Part shown: in pieces, positions 1-7,437 of the stretch
Layout: the number at the start of each line of letters is the position of its first letter
How positions within the stretch are numbered: the first letter of the stretch is position 1
Sequence record: SRR20825006_1147
DNA: 39,373 nucleotides
Strand: one strand, 5' to 3'
Made by a program: the position numbers and the translations under genes
Notes under the pieces: generated by a model
The model's input: the letters and a program-made list of their open reading frames with translations, nothing else
Database searches by the model: none
What the model was told of the DNA's origin: nothing

Positions 1-992
1 CTCCAGAATTCTACAGGAACCATTTCGGCCATATCATAACGGAATCCGTCTACACCTTTGCCCAGCCAAAACAAGGCGATCTCTTTAAACTGTTTCCAAG
101 AAGCCGGAATGTCTTTATCTTTCCAAAAATCAAAATGCTTCTGATGATCCCAATGTCCGGCATCTTCAGGCAACGAATCAAAGTCTTTATACCCTTCCGG
201 ACTCACTCCATAGTTTATTTTAACGGTCTCGTACCAATCATTCTGCGCAGGTTGCGCATCTCTTGCTCCATTACCAGTCCATTTTGCTGGAGACTCTGTA
301 AACTGTGCATCCGCACTTGCCGACTTTTCGCCTAAAGGCATATATCCATTTTCCCATTGCGGCACTTTAAAATCGGTTCCCGGGATGTAGTAAAAGTTGT
401 TATTCTTGGCATATGCCACCGAAGTATCATCATTCGCCCCAAATGGCACAGTATATTCCGGAGTGTTTAAACTTTCATATTTGCGTGCTACGTGATTGGG
501 AACAATATCTATGATCACTTTTAAACCTGCTTGGTGCGTACGATTTATTAGTGCTTCAAACTCTTCAAGCCTATTTGCAGGATTTACAGCCATATCAGGA
601 TCAACCTGATAATAATCTTTTACGGCATAGGGAGATCCGGCTCTACCTTTTACTACATCTGGATCATCGTTAGAAATACCGTATTGCGTATAATCAGTGA
701 TTACAGCGTGATGCGGAACTCCGGTGTACCAAATATGCGTTACGCCAAGCTCTTTAATCTCACTTAAAGCTTTGGCGGTGAAGTCTTTAAACTTCCCTAC
801 ACCATTTTCTTCGATGGTACCCCAAGGTTTATTGGTTGTGTTCGTATTACCAAACAATCTGGTAAAAACATGATAAACTACTTTTTTCTTTGGGTCTGTA
901 TTCTGCATAGGCTCTTTTATGTGATTAGACTTGTTCTGTGCACAGCTTGTTAGAAGTATTCCAAGGCTAATTAAAAGGATATTTTTGATCAT
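1..992 (-). CDS. GH13 alpha-amylase/alpha-glucosidase family lipoprotein (3' end runs off the window; absent from the ORF track)
   Basis: Manual translation from ATG at 992: MIKNILLISLGILLTSCAQNK (lipobox LTSC), YHVFTRLFGN, GVTHIWYTG, GSPYAVKDYY, DIVPNH (region I), GVDGFRYDMAE (region II nucleophile). Frame stays open to the window edge. Confidence 0.92.
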   Translation of the reverse strand, partial: MIKNILLISLGILLTSCAQNKSNHIKEPMQNTDPKKKVVYHVFTRLFGNTNTTNKPWGTIEENGVGKFKDFTAKALSEIKELGVTHIWYTGVPHHAVITDYTQYGISNDDPDVVKGRAGSPYAVKDYYQVDPDMAVNPANRLEEFEALINRTHQAGLKVIIDIVPNHVARKYESLNTPEYTVPFGANDDTSVAYAKNNNFYYIPGTDFKVPQWENGYMPLGEKSASADAQFTESPAKWTGNGARDAQPAQNDWYETVKINYGVSPEGYKDFDSLPEDAGHWDHQKHFDFWKDKDIPASWKQFKEIALFWLGKGVDGFRYDMAEMVPVEFW

Positions 993-1095
993 CCAACTAA
1001 TTTAAAGTTATAATTAGAAAACAAATTTTATAAGATTTAAAACTAACATAAATTTAATTGCCCGCCTAAATCGATTAACCGGATTTCAGCGGTAA

Positions 1096-1118
1096 AAAAG
1101 GGGATATTTCCCCCTTTT
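1096..1118. promoter_or_regulatory. Inverted repeat AAAAGGGG-N7-CCCCTTTT (core GGGGA-TATT-TCCCC), putative transcription factor site
   Basis: Dyad seen directly between divergent transcription units, centred about 43 bp upstream of the predicted start of the first sRNA. Confidence 0.5.
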
Positions 1119-1145
1119 GTCACAAGTAAATTATAGATACTTTTA
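1116..1145 (+). promoter_or_regulatory. Bacteroidota sigma-A-like promoter for candidate sRNA-1
   Basis: TTTG (1116-1119), 18-bp spacer, TACTTTTA (1138-1145; consensus TAnnTTTG). Predicts a start near 1150, the first base of a hairpin. Confidence 0.55.
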
Positions 1146-1149
1146 TCTC

Positions 1150-1269
1150 GTATTAATAATTAAAGATTAATACCGTTTATAATCTAATTATTAGGGGAAT
1201 TAAATTTTAAACGCATTAATGATTTAGGGGTGAAAGGCACTCTGCGCGAGCAGGGTGTTTTTCTTTTTT
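1150..1269 (+). ncRNA. Candidate ~120-nt structured small RNA (sRNA-1)
   Basis: Promoter-like element upstream. Hairpin GTATTAAT/ATTAATAC (1150-1173), 14-of-16-bp hairpin 1174-1213 with loop AUUAGGGG, second UUAGGGG at 1224-1230, then a GCGA-capped terminator with U-tract. Confidence 0.6.
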
Positions 1270-1270
1270 A
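1222..1270 (+). repeat. 49-bp direct repeat, copy 1
   Basis: ATTTAGGGGTGAAAGGCACTCTGCGCGAGCAGGGTGTTTTTCTTTTTTA, 47/49 identical to 1369-1417. Confidence 0.97.
1232..1269 (+). terminator. Rho-independent terminator of candidate sRNA-1
   Basis: Stem GGCACTCTGC/GCAGGGTGTT, GCGA (GNRA) loop, U-rich tail. G.U pairs form only on the + strand. Confidence 0.8.
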
Positions 1271-1346
1271 CACCATTTGTAAAAAATCGAAAAATTATAA
1301 AACGATTTAGTTATATTTTAACAGAAAGAGTTGCAAATTAATTTTG

Positions 1347-1354
1347 TAGTTTTA
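1347..1354 (+). promoter_or_regulatory. -7 element-like motif for candidate sRNA-2
   Basis: TAGTTTTA resembles TAnnTTTG; no -33 element at canonical spacing. Confidence 0.4.
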
Positions 1355-1358
1355 CGAT

Positions 1359-1416
1359 GTCATTGACAATTTAGGGGTGAAAGGCACTTTGCGCGAGCAA
1401 GGTGTTTTTCTTTTTT
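1359..1416 (+). ncRNA. Candidate ~58-nt small RNA (sRNA-2), paralogue of the 3' half of sRNA-1
   Basis: -7-like element, short GTCATTGAC dyad, AUUUAGGGGU, and a terminator hairpin with a compensatory change relative to copy 1. Confidence 0.55.
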
Positions 1417-1417
1417 A
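1369..1417 (+). repeat. 49-bp direct repeat, copy 2
   Basis: ATTTAGGGGTGAAAGGCACTTTGCGCGAGCAAGGTGTTTTTCTTTTTTA, 147 bp after copy 1. Confidence 0.97.
1379..1416 (+). terminator. Rho-independent terminator of candidate sRNA-2
   Basis: Stem GGCACTTTGC/GCAAGGTGTT, GCGA loop, U-rich tail. Confidence 0.8.
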
Positions 1418-1488
1418 GGCCTATTTCTACGCTGTAAAATTTGCTATTCAACACCTTAGGGCGCAAAACAATTTCTTGTACAAATCCC

Positions 1489-1707
1489 CTATTCTATTTG
1501 ATTCTTCTCTCTTTTCCTGAAAGATAAGTTGAAGCGATCCCTGCGGATGAGAATTCTTTTTCTGAAGATTAAAAAGATTAGGTAACCTAACCAGCTGAAA
1601 ATAGCTACTAAAAATAACCACAGCCATAGCTCTTTTACCGATTTGAACTTTTTATAGCGCAACTCGAGTAACACAAGGATTACAAATAGAATTCTTAGAT
1701 AAACCAA
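1489..1707 (-). CDS. Small membrane protein, PLDc_N-like two-helix hairpin with basic tail (start uncertain)
   Basis: Two hydrophobic segments. KELWLWLFLVAIFSWLGYLIFLIFRK resembles the phospholipase D N-terminal membrane motif. Only a TTG start is available. Confidence 0.5.
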   Translation of the reverse strand: MVYLRILFVILVLLELRYKKFKSVKELWLWLFLVAIFSWLGYLIFLIFRKRILIRRDRFNLSFRKREKNQIE

Positions 1708-1789
1708 AGGGTAACTTTTATATGCGTGTATTTACTACTGCAAGACTACAGCTTTTGATACGCATTTTAAGCATCATGCTTCTTAAAAT

Positions 1790-1829
1790 AAAAAAGCGCT
1801 CAAATCGTTTACCCGATCTGAGCGCTTTT
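1790..1829 (-). terminator. Intrinsic terminator after the tilS-dsbD-CocE/NonD unit
   Basis: AAAAGCGCTCA (1792-1802) / TGAGCGCTTTT (1819-1829), T-tract on the minus strand, about 20 bp past the stop codon. Confidence 0.8.
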
Positions 1830-1850
1830 ACAACAAGTTTTGTATTTCAA

Positions 1851-3695
1851 TTACTTTAAAACTTTAAACTGAATTTCTGAATCTCCAAAAACAGTGTGTG
1901 TCTGCTTTTGAAAATCTTCCGCTTCTGCTTTATAGATATTAGGTACAAAAGTTTGTGGATTGCGATCGATTAGCGGAAACCACGTACTCTGAATTTGAAT
2001 TTGCATTTTATGTCCTTTTAAGAAGGTATGGTTTACCCCTTGTAAGGTCAGATCTACTTCGGTTTTTTGATTAGCTTCAAAAGCTTTAGGTTCACTAAAA
2101 CTCTCACGGAAACGCCCACGCATTACTTCACTACGTACCATCATCTGGTAATTATCCATTTTTAAGTAGTCTTGAGTTTCTGGGTAATCTTCTGCTCCTG
2201 CAGGATATACATCTACCAGTTTTACTACCCAATCTGCATCGGTACCTGTGGTAGCCACCTGAAGTTTAGCCAGTATTTCACCAGTGATCGTCATATCATC
2301 CTCTAAAACTTCGGTTTCATAAACCAAAACGTCTGGTCTGCGCGCTGCAAATCGCTGATCGTCGGTCATATATTTTCTAGGTGTGAATACCATTTTAATA
2401 TCTTCAGAATACGGAACCGGCTTAGAAGGATCACTTACAAAAGCATTTTCAAAATCTGCCGAAGCGCTCTCGGTAAGTTTTTGATCTGCTCCTAAATAAA
2501 AACTTTTAGTTTCTGCTGCTTTTGGAGGCCATTGCGCATAGCTATCCCACTCACGCGAACCGCTGTCATACATAGAAGCTTCAGGGAAATCAATCGCTCC
2601 TTTACCGTCATTTTTCAAGAAATGGTTGAAAAATACCGTCTCGTAATTTTGCTGAAAATCTCTTGAAAGATTATCTCCAAAATATACATTTCCTATAGCT
2701 TGGCGCTCACTTGAGCGTGCCCAATCGCCATGACTCCAAGGCCCGTATACCAAGATATTATAGTTATCACTGGTCTCCTCAATCTTTCTGTAGGTATTGA
2801 AAGGTCCATAAAGATCTTCGGCGTCAAACAGTCCGCCTACAACCATTACGGCAGGCTTGATATCATTTAAATGCTGAATGATTCCGCGACTTCTCCAGAA
2901 TTCATCATAATTAGGATGGTCTTTAATTTGCTGCCAGAATACATTGTCTTCTTTGTAATACGCATCTAAATTGGTCAACGGACCTGCATCTAAGAAAAAC
3001 TGATATTGATCTTGCGTAGGAAGATCAGGAAACGCAAACCAAGGCTTGGTTACCGGTTCATCTTTCATATAGCCGAAAAGCGAAATCGCTCTCCAGTAGC
3101 TTTCTAGAAACGCTCCGTTATGATGGAAATCATCAAAGAAAAAATCAGAAATACACGCTTGTGGAGAAACTGCTTTTAATGCAGGATGCTCACTAAGCAA
3201 AGAATACGTCGCATAAAAACCGGGATATGAAATTCCCCAAGTTCCCACATTTCCGTTGTTATTGTCTACATTCTTTACAAGCCAATCAATCGTATCGTAG
3301 GTATCGCTAGCTTCATCAACTTGTTTTCCTTTTTTATTCGGAATATACGCGCGCATATTGTCGTAAACGCCTTCACTATTCCAACGGCCACGTACATCTT
3401 GCTGTACAAAGATGTTACCTTCTTCAACCATAAATTTATTAGGCCCTATTCTGCCTTTATAGTTTTCTTCACCATACGGCGCACAGCTGTAGGGCGTACG
3501 CATCATCAAAATAGGATACTCTTGTGACTTATCTTTTGGCGAATAAATAGTTGTATGCAATAGCACGCCATCGCGCATTTTTATTTTGACTTCTTTCTTG
3601 TCGTAATGCTCGCGCACATATTCTTCGGTTTGTGCTTGTATGCAGCTCACGAAAAGCAAAAGCACCGCAAATACTAGATTTTTGACTTTTTTCAT
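1851..3695 (-). CDS. CocE/NonD family serine hydrolase (alpha-amino acid ester hydrolase / glutaryl-7-ACA acylase-like)
   Basis: Signal peptide; MRDGVLLHT, RTPY, QDVRGRWNSEG, GTWGISYPG nucleophile elbow, GPWSHG; PepX_C-like C-terminus. Confidence 0.92.
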   Translation of the reverse strand: MKKVKNLVFAVLLLFVSCIQAQTEEYVREHYDKKEVKIKMRDGVLLHTTIYSPKDKSQEYPILMMRTPYSCAPYGEENYKGRIGPNKFMVEEGNIFVQQDVRGRWNSEGVYDNMRAYIPNKKGKQVDEASDTYDTIDWLVKNVDNNNGNVGTWGISYPGFYATYSLLSEHPALKAVSPQACISDFFFDDFHHNGAFLESYWRAISLFGYMKDEPVTKPWFAFPDLPTQDQYQFFLDAGPLTNLDAYYKEDNVFWQQIKDHPNYDEFWRSRGIIQHLNDIKPAVMVVGGLFDAEDLYGPFNTYRKIEETSDNYNILVYGPWSHGDWARSSERQAIGNVYFGDNLSRDFQQNYETVFFNHFLKNDGKGAIDFPEASMYDSGSREWDSYAQWPPKAAETKSFYLGADQKLTESASADFENAFVSDPSKPVPYSEDIKMVFTPRKYMTDDQRFAARRPDVLVYETEVLEDDMTITGEILAKLQVATTGTDADWVVKLVDVYPAGAEDYPETQDYLKMDNYQMMVRSEVMRGRFRESFSEPKAFEANQKTEVDLTLQGVNHTFLKGHKMQIQIQSTWFPLIDRNPQTFVPNIYKAEAEDFQKQTHTVFGDSEIQFKVLK

Positions 3696-3709
3696 TTAGT
3701 AGTGTTTAT

Positions 3710-5710
3710 TTAATCATTGAATTTAGAGATTCCATCTTCGAGCCAGGCTTCAAATCCATCTACATCTGGCGTGTAGCCCACAGGCGTGTTAAGTTCGTCT
3801 TCATTATGGTTCAACAACACATAATACGGCTGCGCATTGATCTGATATTTTTCAATCTGAAAATCGCTCCATTTATTTCCCACGGTTTGAATGCGTTTGC
3901 CGGTAACTTTACTTACATATTGTTCAGCTTCGGGCAGTTCTTCCTTTAGATCTACAAATAACGAAATAAGGACCACGTCGTTTTGTAGTTTTCCAAGGAT
4001 TTGCGGTTCGCCCCAAACGCGCTCTTCCATCTTGCGGCAATTAACACAGGCTTTGCCGGTAAAATCTATTAGTACCGGTTTATTTTCTGCTTTGGCATAG
4101 GCCATTCCTGCATCATAATCAGTAAAAGTCACCAATTGATACGGCCCAAGTTCGGCTTCTTCCGGTAGTTCTCCTTCGGTTAAACCTGCAACACTTCCTT
4201 TAGAATATCCCACACCATAAGGCGATTCACTATAATTTAATGGCGGTGGAAATCCGCTGATCAATTTTAAGGGTGCACCCCACAAGCCGGGAATTAAGTA
4301 CAACGTAAACGAAAGCACAAAAAGCCCTAAAATCAACCTTCCTGAAGAAATATGCGTCAACGGACTGTCGTGCGATAATCTGATTTTCCCGAAAAGATAA
4401 AACGCCATAGCACCAAAAATAGCGATCCAAATCGCTAAGAATACTTCGCGCTCTAAAATATGCGCCTGCAAAACCAAATCAGCATTGGATAGAAATTTAA
4501 ACGCTAGTGCTAACTCTAAAAAGCCCAAAACCACTTTTACTGAATTGAGCCAGCCTCCCGATTTGGGTAAAGAATTCATCAACCCGGGGAATAAAGCAAA
4601 CAAAGCAAATGGGATCGCGATAGCTAATGAAAACCCTAGCATTCCTAAAATGGGCGCCAGACCACCCTCTGAAGCGGCTTGTACTAATAAAGTTCCAACG
4701 ATGGGTCCGGTACAACTGAAACTTACAATGGCTAAAGCCAGAGCCATAAAAAAGATACCTATAATTCCGCCGCGATCTGCTTTTCGGTCTACGGCGTTAG
4801 CCCAAGAATTGGGTAGCATAATTTCAAAAGCACCAAAAAACGAAATTGCAAAAACTACGAGAAGTAAAAAGAATACCAAGTTGAACCAAACGTTGGTTGA
4901 TAATGCGTTTAAGGCATCTGCGCCAAAAATCCCGGTAACCAATGATCCAAGCAATACGTAGATTACCACGATGAAAATTCCGTATAAAATGGCATTTCTA
5001 CGACCGACTGCCAGATTCTTACTCTGCTTAGTAAAAAAGCTTACCGTCATAGGAATCATTGGAAATACACAAGGTGTGAGCAGTGCCAAAAATCCGCTTG
5101 CAAACGCAACGAAAAAGATCGTCCATAGATCTTGTTTTTCTTCTTTTTTAACAACCTCTTTTACCGGTTCGATCTTTTCTACTTCCTCCTGAACGCTACC
5201 ATACGCCTGAAAATCATTGAAGTCTTTAAAAACCTTTCCGTTCTCTTTGACGAGGTCAAAAACAATGTATTTTTCTTCGTTGATACACACTTCTTTACAA
5301 ACCTGATATTTCAAGATCAGCTTGACATATTCAGTGGTTTCTTCAACTTTTATCTTTTGGGATAGCTGCGCGGTTTCTGAGAAAAATGTTTCATCTACCT
5401 CAAAGATCTCACTGTAAGCTGTTGTGGTCTCACTTTCTACCGTAGGTCCTTCTAAAGAATAAGCTTTACCGGCTTCGAGGAACTCTAATTCTAAAGGTAA
5501 AGATCCGCCGGGATCTGTAAACTGCGAATACACATGCCATTCGGGCTCAATGGTCGCATTTAACAACAATGTATATTCAGATTCACTTGTTTTATCTACT
5601 TGAGCCATCCATTGCGCCGGATTTTGTGCTCCGGCTGAAGGTCCAAAAGCTTGTGCATTTCCTGTGAGCGAGATTAATAGCGTTACAAGAAGAAAGCAAT
5701 ATTTAATCAT
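3710..5710 (-). CDS. dsbD: Thiol:disulfide interchange protein DsbD
   Basis: N-terminal domain with WHVYS and VCKEVC; TM domain with LLTPCVFPMIP and FSCTGP; LPKSGGW; C-terminal thioredoxin DFTGKACVNC. Confidence 0.93.
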   Translation of the reverse strand: MIKYCFLLVTLLISLTGNAQAFGPSAGAQNPAQWMAQVDKTSESEYTLLLNATIEPEWHVYSQFTDPGGSLPLELEFLEAGKAYSLEGPTVESETTTAYSEIFEVDETFFSETAQLSQKIKVEETTEYVKLILKYQVCKEVCINEEKYIVFDLVKENGKVFKDFNDFQAYGSVQEEVEKIEPVKEVVKKEEKQDLWTIFFVAFASGFLALLTPCVFPMIPMTVSFFTKQSKNLAVGRRNAILYGIFIVVIYVLLGSLVTGIFGADALNALSTNVWFNLVFFLLLVVFAISFFGAFEIMLPNSWANAVDRKADRGGIIGIFFMALALAIVSFSCTGPIVGTLLVQAASEGGLAPILGMLGFSLAIAIPFALFALFPGLMNSLPKSGGWLNSVKVVLGFLELALAFKFLSNADLVLQAHILEREVFLAIWIAIFGAMAFYLFGKIRLSHDSPLTHISSGRLILGLFVLSFTLYLIPGLWGAPLKLISGFPPPLNYSESPYGVGYSKGSVAGLTEGELPEEAELGPYQLVTFTDYDAGMAYAKAENKPVLIDFTGKACVNCRKMEERVWGEPQILGKLQNDVVLISLFVDLKEELPEAEQYVSKVTGKRIQTVGNKWSDFQIEKYQINAQPYYVLLNHNEDELNTPVGYTPDVDGFEAWLEDGISKFND

Positions 5711-7013
5711 AGTATGCGGTAATTTTTAAAAATTGAGAAGTATTAGGGGTTACCTTATAGCGATCGTCAGTTCGTGCTCCAACGACCCAGATGATGTCTT
5801 GGTCGTTACACAGAAGCCAAACTGACTCTTTATCAAGAGTTGAATATTTTAAGTCTTTAAAGAATTTACTAAGCTTCTTTTTCCCTTTTAAGCCAAATGG
5901 ATAAAACCAATCGCCTTCCTCCCATTTTCTTAATTTAAGCGGAAAATCTAATTGATCTTTATCAAAAATAGCTTCGGTTGTCGTTGTTTTTGAAAATTGC
6001 TCTACAGCTTCTTTTTTGATTTTCAGATTATCTAGAACAAGATTTGCGTCTTGTTCATTCCATAAAACAACTTCGTGTGTTTTTTTGTGTTCTGTAAGTA
6101 GTAACACCTCACGATCTTTTATAAGACGGTGATTTTTTGCGGAAACATATTTACCGGGTTCAGCATCTAGCAAATCATAAATATCATCCCAAGCCGTAAA
6201 TTCAAAATCCTTAAGTAATTGATACAAGACCGCCTTGGTATTTGGCGTCTGCTTCAGCTTCTGAATATTTAATTCGTAGCCTTTAAATGACTGATTTACG
6301 ATCTGAGAAAACAGCATTGCCGTGTAATCTTCAAGTAGCAGTGCAACTTCTTTTAAATGCTGTTGACTCTTCTGAAACTGATTTAAAAATTGGGGGGCTG
6401 CTTCTTCTATCGCAGGAATAGCGTGATGTCTTAAATGATTGCGCAAATATTTATCTGAAGCATTGCTGCTATCTTCTCGCCACTTGATCTCATTGGCCTC
6501 TGCATACGCTAGAATCTCTTCTCTGCTGAAAGGTAACAAGGGACGAATTAATTGCTCATTATGCGCAGTAATGCCAGTGAGACCATCTATTCCTGAACCT
6601 CGACTTAGGTTGATGAGAAAAGTCTCAAGATCATCTTTTGCGTGGTGTGCAGTGGCGATATACGCTAACCCGTTTTTTTGACAAAGCTCCTCAAACCAAT
6701 GATACCGCAATTCGCGCGCTGCCATTTGAATAGAAACCTTTTGATCTTTAGCATAGGCTTCGGTATTGAAACTTTGAAGATGCAACTTAACTTGTAATGC
6801 TTCCGCTAGTTTTTCAACAAAAACCGCATCTGCATCGCTCTCGCTTCCGCGCAGCTTAAAATTGCAATGCGCCATCTCAAAATCAACATCACAAGCTTTT
6901 AATAAATAGGCCAAAACCACACTGTCTAATCCTCCGCTTATCGCTAACAAAACTGAAGTTTGTTTCAATCCATTAAACTGAGATTCTATATGCTGATTAA
7001 ACCTTTTGATCAT
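5703..7013 (-). CDS. tilS: tRNA(Ile)-lysidine synthetase
   Basis: PP-loop AISGGLDS, ARELRY, TAHH..D..ETF, IRPLL, EDSSN, RNHLRH; C-terminal KKLSKFFKD. Overlaps dsbD by 8 bp. Confidence 0.96.
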   Translation of the reverse strand: MIKRFNQHIESQFNGLKQTSVLLAISGGLDSVVLAYLLKACDVDFEMAHCNFKLRGSESDADAVFVEKLAEALQVKLHLQSFNTEAYAKDQKVSIQMAARELRYHWFEELCQKNGLAYIATAHHAKDDLETFLINLSRGSGIDGLTGITAHNEQLIRPLLPFSREEILAYAEANEIKWREDSSNASDKYLRNHLRHHAIPAIEEAAPQFLNQFQKSQQHLKEVALLLEDYTAMLFSQIVNQSFKGYELNIQKLKQTPNTKAVLYQLLKDFEFTAWDDIYDLLDAEPGKYVSAKNHRLIKDREVLLLTEHKKTHEVVLWNEQDANLVLDNLKIKKEAVEQFSKTTTTEAIFDKDQLDFPLKLRKWEEGDWFYPFGLKGKKKLSKFFKDLKYSTLDKESVWLLCNDQDIIWVVGARTDDRYKVTPNTSQFLKITAYYD

Positions 7014-7283
7014 AAAAACACTTGGTGTTCTCGCTATACGCTTTTAAAATTTCAAACCAAATCAGCGACGTTGCCCAGCCTTTAGTTGGACGTAAAAGTA
7101 AAATGTTTTACTAGTACGCTTTTTCTAGGTGTTTGCGCTCTTGATTATCGAGTAAATATACAATTTAAGGCCTGTTTTGCAGCAAAGCTCAGCGCAAGTT
7201 TATTTAGTTTCTATTTAACATGGAATGGAAGCCAAAGCGGTTATTTGATACGCTTAAAATTGTATTTTTAATCCTGATGCTTT

Positions 7284-7327
7284 GTAACAAGAGTTACGAG
7301 TACATCAAAAGCTACGGTCTATATTTG
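7284..7327 (+). promoter_or_regulatory. GTAAC-N4-GTTAC palindrome plus perfect -7 element TATATTTG upstream of SulP
   Basis: Palindrome at 7284-7297; TATATTTG at 7320-7327 matches TAnnTTTG. Confidence 0.6.
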
Positions 7328-7437
7328 CCGATAGTAAACCTCGAGGCAAAGCCGAAGGCACACGATGAAATTAGTTTTTAACATTGAACTACGTCTCAAG
7401 GCAGTATCACTTTGGCTATGGTTCTAAAATTGAATAT

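Noticed and set aside
1191-1377. TTAGGG telomere-like repeats
   Set aside because: Three dispersed copies rather than a tandem array; better explained as an RNA motif.
1222-1417. 49-bp direct repeats as a CRISPR array or type III antitoxin repeats
   Set aside because: Only two copies with a 98-bp spacer, each copy is itself a terminator, and there is no cas gene or downstream co-oriented toxin gene.
7086-7271. 61-aa ORF in the tilS/SulP intergenic region
   Set aside because: TTG start, no recognisable motif, located in a divergent promoter region; cannot be supported.
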